Source of the DNA: Candidatus Parcubacteria bacterium
GTDB taxonomy: Bacteria > Patescibacteriota > Patescibacteriia > UBA1558 > GWA2-36-10
DNA length: 64,000 bases
NCBI GenBank assembly: GCA_018664825.1
Contig: JABJNO010000002.1
Location: 14,068 to 78,067 of the forward strand
Reading direction: 5' to 3'
The stretch's first letter is position 1. Each line of letters opens with the position of its first letter. The translations under genes were made by a program, and so were the position numbers. Below the pieces are notes generated by a model, which was given only the letters and a program-made list of their open reading frames with translations, made no database searches and was not told the DNA's origin. Shown here piece after piece: positions 27,969 through 37,762 of this stretch.

Positions 27969-28715
27969 ATGTCCGACAAGAAAATTATTGCCGTTTTGCC
28001 AGCCTACAACGCTGCTAAAACACTAAAGCTAACTTTGGATGATATACCAGAGGGTAGTGTAGACGAAATCATACTCGTAGACGATTGTTCACAGGACAAC
28101 ACAGTAGAAGTGGCCAAACAGCTAGGCATAAAAGTTATTGTTCACGAAAAAAATAAGGGCTATGGTGGCAACCAAAAAACTTGTTATCGCGAAGCTCTCA
28201 AAAGTGGAGCTGATATTGCCATCATGATTCACCCTGACCATCAATACAATCCAAAGTTGGTTCCTCAGATGCTAAAACCACTGATAGACGAAGAGTGTGA
28301 TGCTGTATTTGGATCTAGGATGATCTACAAAAAAGATGCCTTAGCTGGCGGTATGCCAAAATGGAAATTTGCTGCCAATATTTTCCTAACCAGTTTAGAA
28401 AATATTTTATTGGGCACAAAACTAGCAGAATACCACTCAGGATTTAGAGCTTATTCAAAAAAAGCCTTGGAGACTCTACCACTAGAAGAAAACTCAGATA
28501 ATTTTGTTTTTGATACAGAAATCATTGTCCAACTTGTGGCCAATGATTTTAAAATAAAAGAAATCCCTATCAATACAAAATATTTTAAAGATGCCTCAAA
28601 CGTTGGTCTAAAACAAGGCATGAAATATGGTACTGATATATTGCGTACAATGGGCAAATATAAATTGCACCAATGGGGAATCAAAAAAAGATCTCAATTT
28701 AAAAAAGTCACTTAA
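27969..28715 (+). CDS. GT2 glycosyltransferase, polyprenyl-phosphate sugar synthase-like (DPM1/Ppm1-like)
   Basis: VLPAYNAAKTL...DEIILVDDCSQD (DxD-type GT-A); 248 aa with no TM segment. Confidence 0.7.
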   Translation: MSDKKIIAVLPAYNAAKTLKLTLDDIPEGSVDEIILVDDCSQDNTVEVAKQLGIKVIVHEKNKGYGGNQKTCYREALKSGADIAIMIHPDHQYNPKLVPQMLKPLIDEECDAVFGSRMIYKKDALAGGMPKWKFAANIFLTSLENILLGTKLAEYHSGFRAYSKKALETLPLEENSDNFVFDTEIIVQLVANDFKIKEIPINTKYFKDASNVGLKQGMKYGTDILRTMGKYKLHQWGIKKRSQFKKVT

Positions 28716-30248
28716 ATGAAAATAGATTTTGATAAAAATTATAAAATAATATTATTTTTGATAATATTATTGGGTTTTGGCTTACGTCTTATAAATATAA
28801 ATAAGGATGTTTTGTGGCAAGACGAAGCAGAAACAACCATCAACACTATCCAGGTAGTTGAAGATGGCTACCCTCACGGATATTTTGAAGGTAAGCCAAT
28901 ATTTGAAACAAAGGCTTATATAGAAATAGACGATCCTGTATACCAATACACTCCTACAAATTATTATGGCTCAAAATATGAAAACAACAAAGGTTGGCTA
29001 ACTTATTATTTTTTAGCTCCTTTTATAAAAATATTTGGTATTTCTGAGACAGCCACCCGACTACCTTTTTTTATCTTTTATATATTTACTACAATATCTA
29101 TATACCTGACATCTCAATTGCTTTTTAAAAACAAAAAGATATCGTTACTAGCATCTTTGTTATTCTCCATTGATTACTTTGCAATGATATACGGCAAACA
29201 AGCCAGGTATTATAGTATATTCATGTTCCTTCCTCTTGCCTCTTTCTATTTTAATTATCTATATATACATAGCAAAAAAACTATACACTTGTTTTGGTTA
29301 ACTACTTTTCTGATATTGACCTTTCACACCCATATTGTTTCCTTTATTTTTCTGATTTTATTTTATCTATACTATGACTTCATAAAAATAAAGAAAATAA
29401 AAATAAATAAAGCTTTTATTTTGAATGCTTTATATCTTTTGATTGCAACCGTACCTTGGTTGTTCTTGGTAAAATTTTGGGTGAACTTTCTTACCCATAG
29501 CGACATTTCAAACCCAAACGATGGTGTAAAAATTTTGTGGATTATAGGAGTTGTTATCTTTTGGCTGGCTATCAAATTTTATAAATACCTTACTAAGGGT
29601 AAATACAATATAGAGATAACAAAAATAATTCCCGAGCCACTGATTTATTTCTTTTGGCTTTATATTATTTTCTTACCGATTATCATCCCCTCCGAATCAT
29701 TTGCTATCCGTATATTTATACCTTTATTGCCATTTTTTTCTATTGTCTTTTCCCGTCTTGTATTTAAAATATTGAAAAACAAATCCAACCTAAAATATTT
29801 GACCACAATTGTCATATTTATACTTTCGTACATCTTTATTTTTACAATGCTCCGCCAATATACTCATTATGGAAAAACCAACTGGATAAAAAATGTTTTT
29901 GAATATGCTCAAAGTACAAACTTTGATCAAAAAAATGATATTATTTTATCTACTTGGCAAGACTTATCTCTAGCTTTTTATAGTGACTATGAAATATATA
30001 GGACAGAAACCCTAAGGGCTGATTTTGTAAACAACTATCCCAATAGGATATTATTTATCCTCCCTTATAAACACCTAGAAGAGCTCTGCCCAGAAGAAAA
30101 TAAAAAATTTGTCAGAGATCATAATTTTTGGATGCATTCCAGAGATTATTCTAAATTTATTCCTAGATTAGAAAAATGCTCCCAAAAAACCCTAGGAGCT
30201 GAAGTACTTATGTTTGATTGTCCGGCTTTAGAGAAAATTAGCAATTAA
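28716..30248 (+). CDS. GT-C fold glycosyltransferase, PMT/ArnT (GT39/GT83)-like integral membrane protein
   Basis: The first-loop motif LWQDEAETT (a DE motif), an RLPFFIFYIF-type helix and more than ten TM segments. Translationally coupled to the upstream GT2 (the stop is adjacent to the ATG). Confidence 0.6.
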   Translation: MKIDFDKNYKIILFLIILLGFGLRLININKDVLWQDEAETTINTIQVVEDGYPHGYFEGKPIFETKAYIEIDDPVYQYTPTNYYGSKYENNKGWLTYYFLAPFIKIFGISETATRLPFFIFYIFTTISIYLTSQLLFKNKKISLLASLLFSIDYFAMIYGKQARYYSIFMFLPLASFYFNYLYIHSKKTIHLFWLTTFLILTFHTHIVSFIFLILFYLYYDFIKIKKIKINKAFILNALYLLIATVPWLFLVKFWVNFLTHSDISNPNDGVKILWIIGVVIFWLAIKFYKYLTKGKYNIEITKIIPEPLIYFFWLYIIFLPIIIPSESFAIRIFIPLLPFFSIVFSRLVFKILKNKSNLKYLTTIVIFILSYIFIFTMLRQYTHYGKTNWIKNVFEYAQSTNFDQKNDIILSTWQDLSLAFYSDYEIYRTETLRADFVNNYPNRILFILPYKHLEELCPEENKKFVRDHNFWMHSRDYSKFIPRLEKCSQKTLGAEVLMFDCPALEKISN

Positions 30249-31592
30249 AACAGATAGCATATAAAAAGATAAAAATAAAGCTACTGAAAATACAATTACA
30301 AGTCTCAATGCCCTGTGTTTAATAAAAGATAAAAAATAATTACTAAAAAATATTATCATCAAAGACATAACCGGAAAAAGATAGCGTCCCTGTATACCTA
30401 GGCCTGAATGACCTTTTTTTAAATAACCAAGATAATTATAAAAAAATACCACAAATATGTATGCCAAGGCTATTATAAAAGCCCAGAGCATTTTTTTATT
30501 TTTGGTTTTAAAATTAAATAACAAGGACATAAATAAAACACATATGAAAAATTTGGCTAACAAAAAATTTTCACGAAACGATGTGTGCTGCATATGCCCA
30601 GATAGATTAACCGTCCTATCAATTGTAAAATTAATCCAATTATAAGAATATTTTAAAATAGCAGACAGCCCTGCCTGAGGTTTTTCTAAGGTATTTGTAA
30701 AAATTTTATTTCTCTGAAATATATAATCCTCCTCCCAACATATTTGTTGGGTAAAAACAAGTTGGCAGTTAGGTAATATGTTTTTATAGTTTACAAAATT
30801 TTTAAAAAATATAAAAAAGTTACTCAAAAATAAAATAATTAATAAAGAAAGTAAAACCGTAAATTTAAGTTTATTTTTATAAAATAAGCTTTTTAGACTT
30901 TGCCAAACAAATTGTTGGTTTTTAATAATTTGCCAAATTAAAACAATGCCTATTATTCCTGCCAATGGTAAAAAAGTAAACTTGGTTAGTACTCCTAATA
31001 GTATAAAAATTAAAATAATAAATAAATACTCTATTTTCTTTTTATCAATAAATCTAAATAAATAATAAAGACTAATAATGCTAACTAAGTTAACTAAATT
31101 ATCATAAGATACCGCAGCTGAAAGAAATAAAAACATCGGTATAATAACATGCAATAAAAAAGCAACGGTTACTAAGCCTTTGTCTTTTAGAATTAGTAGC
31201 GCTAATTTGTAAAAGAAATAAAGATATAAAAGTGAAAATAATATGTTAATAAAACGTAAGAATAGTAAATCTGAAATGTTAAAAAAATTTAGATGCAATA
31301 ACCTACCCAACGACCAATGATAAAAAAAGGAAGATTTACTTCGAATACTATAATAAGCCCTCTTCATTGGTTCTGGGGCTATATCGGGATTTGTTGCTTG
31401 AAGTAATTCATCATCTTCCAAAAAGAAATGTGGAGAATTCTTAAAATTATTTATCTGATTAAAATGAAAAACCTCATCTGGTGGTGCACCAAATTGTACA
31501 TTATTTGCCAAATACAAAGTAATCAAAACGAAAAAAAACATTAATAAGAATATTGTATATTTTGCCCATTTATTTTTTATCTTTTCTAGCAT
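30228..31592 (-). CDS. Polytopic membrane protein, probable second GT-C glycosyltransferase
   Basis: Multi-TM protein with the early-loop motif FGAPPDEVFHF. Its 3' end overlaps the convergent gene by 21 bp. Confidence 0.4.
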   Translation of the reverse strand: MLEKIKNKWAKYTIFLLMFFFVLITLYLANNVQFGAPPDEVFHFNQINNFKNSPHFFLEDDELLQATNPDIAPEPMKRAYYSIRSKSSFFYHWSLGRLLHLNFFNISDLLFLRFINILFSLLYLYFFYKLALLILKDKGLVTVAFLLHVIIPMFLFLSAAVSYDNLVNLVSIISLYYLFRFIDKKKIEYLFIILIFILLGVLTKFTFLPLAGIIGIVLIWQIIKNQQFVWQSLKSLFYKNKLKFTVLLSLLIILFLSNFFIFFKNFVNYKNILPNCQLVFTQQICWEEDYIFQRNKIFTNTLEKPQAGLSAILKYSYNWINFTIDRTVNLSGHMQHTSFRENFLLAKFFICVLFMSLLFNFKTKNKKMLWAFIIALAYIFVVFFYNYLGYLKKGHSGLGIQGRYLFPVMSLMIIFFSNYFLSFIKHRALRLVIVFSVALFLSFYMLSVLIANFL

Positions 31593-31723
31593 TCAAATAT
31601 AATAAAAATATCTACTAATATTATATAATAAATGATGCAAATATACTAATATGGTATTGTCTTTTTTACTATATTTATGCTTTAATACACTATATAATAT
31701 ACTGAATAAACTAAACTATTTAG

Positions 31724-32698
31724 ATGGACATGTTGCATAACAATAAAAAACTCATAGTTATAATACCAGCCTATAATGAGGCCGCTCATATAGCTATGGT
31801 TATCAAAGATGTGCCCAGAAGCTTGGATAAAATATCCGAAGTATTAGTTTTGGTCTCTGATGATGGCTCTACAGATGATACGGTCAAGATAGCCAAAGAA
31901 ACTAAGGCAGATTACATTATCTCCAATAAACATAACATGGGACTTGGTAAAAATTTCCAAATCGCTATAGAAAAAGCATTGTCCCTGGGTGCTGATATTA
32001 TTGTTAATATAGATGGTGATGGTCAATTTGATGCCCAAGATATAAAAAAACTGATACTACCAATAGTAAATAATGAAGCTGATATGGTCACCGGTTCTAG
32101 ATTTAGTAATAAGAAAGATAGTAAAAATGTACCCCTCATAAAAAGATTCGGCAATTATGCTTTTACTAAATTGATAAACCTCATTACTAAACAAAAATTC
32201 ACAGATACCCAATGCGGCTTTAGAGCTTACTCAAAAAGAGCAGCCTTAAAATTAAATTTATTTGGCCGCTTTACCTATACTCAAGAAACTTTTATTGACC
32301 TTGCTGAAAAAGAAATAATAATAAAAGAAGTACCTATATCCGTAAAATATTTTGACGACCGAAAATCACATATTTCCGGTAATTTGATAAGTTATGGTTT
32401 TAAGAGCTTAGCCATAGTTGCCAATACCCTACGAGATACCCAGCCAATAATGTTCTTTGGCTTTCCTGGAACCACTCTACTGAGCCTAGGGTTTGTTGGT
32501 GGTTTATACTCTTTTATATACTGGCTAATAAACCATCAAACTACACCTATTAAAACTCTATTTATAATAGCTGTCTTCTTTATGACCTTTGGCTTGATGC
32601 TAATCATATTTGGCTTACTAGCTGATATGATAAAAAGAGTCAAAAAAAATCAGGAAGAGATCCTGTACAAATTAAAGAAAAAAGAATTTAAAAAATAA
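31724..32698 (+). CDS. GT2 glycosyltransferase with C-terminal TM helices (GtrB/polyprenyl-P glucose synthase-like)
   Basis: IPAYNEAAHI...VSDDGSTDDT DxD GT-A domain plus two C-terminal TM helices. Confidence 0.7.
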   Translation: MDMLHNNKKLIVIIPAYNEAAHIAMVIKDVPRSLDKISEVLVLVSDDGSTDDTVKIAKETKADYIISNKHNMGLGKNFQIAIEKALSLGADIIVNIDGDGQFDAQDIKKLILPIVNNEADMVTGSRFSNKKDSKNVPLIKRFGNYAFTKLINLITKQKFTDTQCGFRAYSKRAALKLNLFGRFTYTQETFIDLAEKEIIIKEVPISVKYFDDRKSHISGNLISYGFKSLAIVANTLRDTQPIMFFGFPGTTLLSLGFVGGLYSFIYWLINHQTTPIKTLFIIAVFFMTFGLMLIIFGLLADMIKRVKKNQEEILYKLKKKEFKK

Positions 32699-32704
32699 TT
32701 TTAT

Positions 32705-33781
32705 CTAAACAAACCTTTTTATATTATCTACTATGATATCTGAAGGACCAACATCAGCAACGATTGTTGGTTTTTTATATTTATGATAATTATAAACAAA
32801 ATTTTTGATAACACTTTTGTCATAACCCGACAAAACTACATTAGCTTTTAGCCCTTCTTGTCTTTCGGTTTTTTTACGAAGTAATAAACACGGCTTACCT
32901 AAGAAAAAAGCCTCCTCTTGATTACTACCACCATCACTAATCAAAAACTCTGAATTGATAACTAACTCAATAAAAGAAAAATAATCATATCGTGGCCTAA
33001 GTTCTATATTTTTGTTGTTATCCAATCTATGAAATAAACCATGTTTTAATAATTGTTTTTTAGTTGGAGGGTGCATAATAAATAAAATTTTTATATCCTT
33101 GGCTATATCCTCAATTATTGCAATTACCTCTTTTAATTTACTTAACCTAAAAATATTTTCATACCTGTGTATTGAGGCTACGGCGAATTTTTCTCCAGGA
33201 ATATCTAAATTATTATTATTTTTGTCTTTAGCTATAATCAAAGAATCATACAAAGTATTAAGATGAGTGTTTATTTTTTTACCTTTATATCTTTTTAAAA
33301 TACCCAGGGCCCAATCACCAGGACAAAAATAATAATCTGTCATAAAAAAAACTAATACCCTGATTATTTCTTCTGGAAATGGATGAAAATAATTATATGA
33401 TCTCAAGCCTGATTCAACGTGACCGCTCTTTAGGCCAGCCACTTTTGCCAATAAAGTCCCCAATAAAGTACTGAAAGTATCACCATGATTTAAAACAATT
33501 CCATCTTTATCATTTTTGAAAATGTTCTTTTTGTTACTTAAAACTTTAAAAATAATTTTAAACCCCCAAGTAACCATCTGAAATATATTTGTGATTTCTG
33601 GTCCTTTGTATAAAACAACATCAGGTTCTTTTATACCAAAATTTGCCCTCAAGTCATCTACGGTCTCCTTGTGCTGCCCTGTAAATATATAATTATAATA
33701 CATCCCTCTTTTTTGGAGAGTAGACATTATGGGTGCCATTTTTATCAACTGAGCCTTTGTACCTACTATGATATGAATCAT
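32705..33781 (-). CDS. UDP-N-acetylglucosamine 2-epimerase (non-hydrolysing) family
   Basis: MIHIIVGTKAQLIKMAPI...TGQH..., typical of Epimerase_2. Confidence 0.65.
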   Translation of the reverse strand: MIHIIVGTKAQLIKMAPIMSTLQKRGMYYNYIFTGQHKETVDDLRANFGIKEPDVVLYKGPEITNIFQMVTWGFKIIFKVLSNKKNIFKNDKDGIVLNHGDTFSTLLGTLLAKVAGLKSGHVESGLRSYNYFHPFPEEIIRVLVFFMTDYYFCPGDWALGILKRYKGKKINTHLNTLYDSLIIAKDKNNNNLDIPGEKFAVASIHRYENIFRLSKLKEVIAIIEDIAKDIKILFIMHPPTKKQLLKHGLFHRLDNNKNIELRPRYDYFSFIELVINSEFLISDGGSNQEEAFFLGKPCLLLRKKTERQEGLKANVVLSGYDKSVIKNFVYNYHKYKKPTIVADVGPSDIIVDNIKRFV

Positions 33782-33786
33782 GTGTA

Positions 33787-34974
33787 TTATTTAGATTTTT
33801 TATATAAATAAACAAAATTTGCACTCTCTTCCTTCTTTAGAAGGTCTAGTTTATTATCATAATTAATATTTATACTAGAAACATAATCTATTTTTGCTAT
33901 CAATTCTTTTGCTTGAAAATTTTTGGGATTTATAAAAAAATTATCCTTATTATCCCTAGGTTCAATTACTCTATCAATAAAATTATACACCTTACTGGAA
34001 TAGTCTATGGCTACAAAAGGTATTTTATTCATAAAAGAAAATATCAAAGAATGAAACCTCATACAAAGAGCAACGTCTGCATATTTTATTACTCCATATA
34101 TCTGTTGTAATGAATAAACATCTGAAAATAAAAAAATATTTTTCTTAACTTTAATTAAATCTATTACTTCTTTGTGAATTTTATTATCTACTTTATTATA
34201 AAAGGGTAGAAATAATATTTGATAATCCTTGTTTTGTAAATATTCTAAAGTTTGAGATATTTTTGTTATAAAAGAAAGATGCTTTTGCTTGTCTTTTTTT
34301 GTCCGAAAATTTAATCTTCTTACAATACTTGCTGGTAACAAAGCATAATGACTAAAATAATCACGCAAGCAAACAACTATTATTTTTTTATCTAAATTTA
34401 AATTATTTTTTATTAGAAGATCTTTTGCATCATACTCTGACAATAAATCATCAAGACTCGTAGCTGGGTCTGCTGTTACTTTAATATTAGCCTTGTCTAC
34501 TCCAATTTTTTCTAACAACTCTTTTGACTGTTTGTCTCTTACTGTAATCCCAACAGATGTGTTCATAATCATCTTTACTAGCACCCTACTAATTTTATAT
34601 TGCAATGGCCCTACTCCAATAGCGTAAAAAAATATTTTTTTCCTTAATAATTTAGCAATAATAATTCTAGAAAAAAAGAAGGGTATGTTGAATATACTTG
34701 TTTGATCTTGAATTATACCACCACCACCACAAACAAAAATTTGTGAATTAAGGATAGCCTTTATAGAACTAACAATACTACTATTGTATATATTAAAATT
34801 TTTATTTTTAAAATTTTCTAATATTTTTTTAGTATTATTTATATTAAATGAAATAATACTAATATGCTCAACTTTCGGGCTCACCTCTTTGATAACAGCA
34901 CAAAAAATAGCTTCATCGCCCATGTTCTCAGAGCCAATAAAAGAAAAAATGCAAACGTTCTTTTTGATAAACAT
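33787..34974 (-). CDS. Polysaccharide pyruvyl transferase family protein (CsaB/WcaK-like)
   Basis: N-terminal GSENMGDEAI and CGGGGIIQD motifs, characteristic of PS_pyruv_trans. Confidence 0.5.
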   Translation of the reverse strand: MFIKKNVCIFSFIGSENMGDEAIFCAVIKEVSPKVEHISIISFNINNTKKILENFKNKNFNIYNSSIVSSIKAILNSQIFVCGGGGIIQDQTSIFNIPFFFSRIIIAKLLRKKIFFYAIGVGPLQYKISRVLVKMIMNTSVGITVRDKQSKELLEKIGVDKANIKVTADPATSLDDLLSEYDAKDLLIKNNLNLDKKIIVVCLRDYFSHYALLPASIVRRLNFRTKKDKQKHLSFITKISQTLEYLQNKDYQILFLPFYNKVDNKIHKEVIDLIKVKKNIFLFSDVYSLQQIYGVIKYADVALCMRFHSLIFSFMNKIPFVAIDYSSKVYNFIDRVIEPRDNKDNFFINPKNFQAKELIAKIDYVSSININYDNKLDLLKKEESANFVYLYKKSK

Positions 34975-35049
34975 ACTATTATTAAATCATAATCTGTAAT
35001 ATTATAACATACCCCACACAAACACCCCATATAACAAAGCTTATAATCC

Positions 35050-35078
35050 TTGACATAGTTCATAAAAACCAGTATATT
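35050..35078 (+). promoter_or_regulatory. Sigma70 promoter (TTGACA-17-TATATT) for the NYN gene
   Basis: TTGACA at 35050-35055 and TATATT at 35073-35078; about 120-nt 5' UTR; SD AGGGGG at 35187-35192. Confidence 0.55.
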
Positions 35079-35201
35079 ATCAGGTACGTTAGTTGTTCTC
35101 TCACAAAAAAACCCAAGAAAGAAGGTAATTCTGGTCTAAAAACAGCAAAAAGTTCAATAATTCACACTTCTTCACACCAAACGAACTAGGGGGCTGTCAA
35201 C

Positions 35202-35963
35202 ATGAATAAACAGCCAGACAACTCTGGGGTCACCTATGTTTATATCGATGGCGAAAATATTTTCTTTTCCGTGCGTAACCACTATGGTTGTAATATCAAC
35301 TTTTACCAGTTGATTAATTGGCTCGAAGCCCGTTTCGGAAACGTAAAGATTTACTTCTTTGCCCATTTTTCAAATGACCCACCTGGTCTCCTATACGAGA
35401 CAAAACAATTTCTACTCACTCAAATCAATACCCATGTAATCGATACTCGCGTCAGGGAACAAGCCGGCAAAGAAGAGGCTGATATTTCCATGAAGCATGC
35501 TATCGAACAGGGTATTATAGGCCCGTTCAAAAACCAACCTGAGTGCAGCAAATGTGTAATCATGACCGGCGACGGAACTTTTGTGCAAACCGCTCAAAGA
35601 GTTCAGGCTGACCTGAATATACCAGTGCTGGTGATTGGCGAAGAGGGTACTATCAAAAATTGGTATCGAGATGCAGGGATTACAGTAGAACACCTCAGTC
35701 CTACTAGCAATGATCTCCTGATCGTTACCAACCTTGATGCTGATATTATTCGGATGGTTACCCAAGGTAGCCCCATCGAATATGATCAATTGGTCAGCAT
35801 TCTTGTTGATAAATACTCCTCTGATCCTACTGCTCAGAATGACCCACGAATCAGAGCTTTCCGCCAAAAAATGGTGGAAAAAAGAATAGAGATGCTTGTT
35901 GGCTCCGGAACACTACGAAAGGACTCCAGTGCCCCTACCACCACAGTATCTATACCTTCTTAA
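35202..35963 (+). CDS. NYN-domain (LabA-like PIN-fold) putative ribonuclease; GC-elevated
   Basis: VYIDGENIFF (first acidic site), EADISMKHAIEQ and VIMTGDGTFVQTAQRVQADLNIPVLVIG (the SgDgDF-like core of NYN domains). Confidence 0.6.
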   Translation: MNKQPDNSGVTYVYIDGENIFFSVRNHYGCNINFYQLINWLEARFGNVKIYFFAHFSNDPPGLLYETKQFLLTQINTHVIDTRVREQAGKEEADISMKHAIEQGIIGPFKNQPECSKCVIMTGDGTFVQTAQRVQADLNIPVLVIGEEGTIKNWYRDAGITVEHLSPTSNDLLIVTNLDADIIRMVTQGSPIEYDQLVSILVDKYSSDPTAQNDPRIRAFRQKMVEKRIEMLVGSGTLRKDSSAPTTTVSIPS

Positions 35964-35970
35964 CATATAA

Positions 35971-36004
35971 CCCGCCTTGAAAGGAATCAAGGCGGGTTTT
36001 TTAT
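35971..36004 (+). terminator. Intrinsic terminator after the NYN gene
   Basis: Perfect 10-bp stem cccgccttga/tcaaggcggg, 6-nt loop, tttttt. Confidence 0.75.
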
Positions 36005-36187
36005 TTTGTCTTAGAATATGATATAATACTCGTAGAGTTGTTCATTGTCCCATTCTAAACAAGCTACCAGCTACAACTAAAGCATATTATTTTAAATAAA
36101 ATAATATAAAAACTAAAAAATAGTTGTGTTGATAGTAGGATTTGGAAAAAAATACAATTTAACAAAAATCACATGGAAGTTTTTTGA

Positions 36188-36223
36188 GACTCTATCTACT
36201 TTGGGGCGGATAGAGTCTTTTTT
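36188..36223 (+). terminator. Intrinsic terminator with no annotated upstream plus-strand CDS
   Basis: Perfect 9-bp stem gactctatc/gatagagtc, 12-nt loop, tttttt. On the minus strand the stem is followed by TCAAAAAA, so it is not a good terminator for queA. Confidence 0.55.
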
Positions 36224-36244
36224 GTTCCTGTGATTTTAAAAAAG

Positions 36245-37285
36245 TTATTTCAATCTATTTTTGCTAATAAACATAGCATCACCAAAAGAGAAAAATCTAT
36301 ATTTTTTAGCAACTGCTTTTTTGTATGTTTTTATTATTAGTTCACGAGTAGCTAGTGCTGACACCATAAAGAGTAGCGAGCTCTTTGGTAGATGAAAATT
36401 GGTAATTAAATCATCAACAAATCTATACTTATACCCTGGGTATATATAAATATCCACCCACTTGTCTCCAGATTGTAGTTTTCCTGTTTTAGCAGAAAAA
36501 GCCTCGAGAGTACGAGCCGAGGTAGTACCTATGGCTATGATATTTTTACTTTGTTTTTTTAATTTATTCAAAGCATCGACGGTCTTTTGATCAATACTGG
36601 CCCACTCATGATGAATTTTATGTTTTTTGATATCACTTACTTCTACTGGAGCAAAAGTACCCAGGGACACATGCAATGTCACTTTAAAAATTTTGACTCC
36701 TTTTTTCTCAAGTTGTTTTAAAACTTTTTTAGTAAAATGGAGACCAGCCGTAGGTGCAGCGACCGAACCAGTACTTTTGGCATAGATAGTCTGATAATCT
36801 TTTTTGATTTGCTGAGTATCCTTGGTTTTGATATATGGAGGTAGCGGCGTGTGACCAATGGCCTCTATTATTTTATCTAGCGCTTTGCCAGATTTATCAA
36901 ATTTTATTTGTTTTGTTTTGCCATCTATATCTTTGATTATCTGGGCTCTTAGTTTTTTGTCTAAATAAATAAAATCTCCGACTGCCAAATTTCGGCCGCC
37001 GATCATCGCTTGATATTCTGCAGTGTTTATCCTTTCGGTCAACAAAATTTCTACTTTGCCCCCTGTCTTTTTCTGTCCATACAATCTAGCTGGGAATACC
37101 TTTGTTTCATTGACCACCAAAACATCATCTTCTGTCAGATAGTCTACTAAGTCATAAAAATGCTTGTGAGCTATTTTTTGACTAGCTATATCCAAAACAA
37201 GCAACCGAGAATGGTCACGCGGCTTTATTTGTTTTTGAGCAATTAAATTGCTTGGTAATTTGTAATCAAATAATTTTATATCCAT
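36245..37285 (-). CDS. queA: S-adenosylmethionine:tRNA ribosyltransferase-isomerase
   Basis: MDIKLFDYKLPSNLIA..., VAAPTAGLHF, NFHLPKSSLL and KYRFFSFGDAMFI align with QueA throughout. The start is taken at the internal Met. Confidence 0.85.
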   Translation of the reverse strand: MDIKLFDYKLPSNLIAQKQIKPRDHSRLLVLDIASQKIAHKHFYDLVDYLTEDDVLVVNETKVFPARLYGQKKTGGKVEILLTERINTAEYQAMIGGRNLAVGDFIYLDKKLRAQIIKDIDGKTKQIKFDKSGKALDKIIEAIGHTPLPPYIKTKDTQQIKKDYQTIYAKSTGSVAAPTAGLHFTKKVLKQLEKKGVKIFKVTLHVSLGTFAPVEVSDIKKHKIHHEWASIDQKTVDALNKLKKQSKNIIAIGTTSARTLEAFSAKTGKLQSGDKWVDIYIYPGYKYRFVDDLITNFHLPKSSLLFMVSALATRELIIKTYKKAVAKKYRFFSFGDAMFISKNRLK

Positions 37286-37343
37286 AAGAATATTATAAAA
37301 TAAAGCGGCCGAGTTCGTCAAAGATGAACTCGGCCGTAAAAAC

Positions 37344-37688
37344 TCAATGAGAGGCTGGAGGGTGTGTCATGAGGTAATAAAAATTACCAAAACCAATTGC
37401 AAATATGCAGGCTCCTCCAAGAAGCATGATGCTCTTAACTTCTTTTGGGACTTTATCCAAATCAATATTGATAATACCAACCTTGGCACAGATGACAAAA
37501 AGTCCATAAAAAGTTGCAGCAGCAGAAGCAAATATAACAAACAATACCAAGAATGCTCTAAAGAGAGCTAGAAATGATTCTTCAAAATAAAATAACTGGA
37601 TAAAAACATTAGCAGCAGTCAGGCATAACAATAATAAAATGTGCATAATGACAAACTTTTTGAAGTCTCTTTTTTCCGGGTTACTCAT
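37344..37688 (-). CDS. Small integral membrane protein (114 aa, about 3 TM), hypothetical
   Basis: Hydrophobic ORF with a strong SD (AAGGAGG) upstream. It lies between queH and queA on the same strand. Confidence 0.4.
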   Translation of the reverse strand: MSNPEKRDFKKFVIMHILLLLCLTAANVFIQLFYFEESFLALFRAFLVLFVIFASAAATFYGLFVICAKVGIINIDLDKVPKEVKSIMLLGGACIFAIGFGNFYYLMTHPPASH

Positions 37689-37762
37689 TGGTCAGCCTCC
37701 TTGTTGTGTGAAAAGATCTATTATTTTATCTAACAAAAGATTACTCAAATTATGTTTTTATG

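Noticed and set aside
37689-37762. Looked for a preQ1 riboswitch in the leader of the small membrane gene between queH and queA.
   Set aside because: There is no P1 hairpin or preQ1-I/II consensus. The AGATCT element is only a self-palindrome, and the sequence is otherwise a plain SD region.
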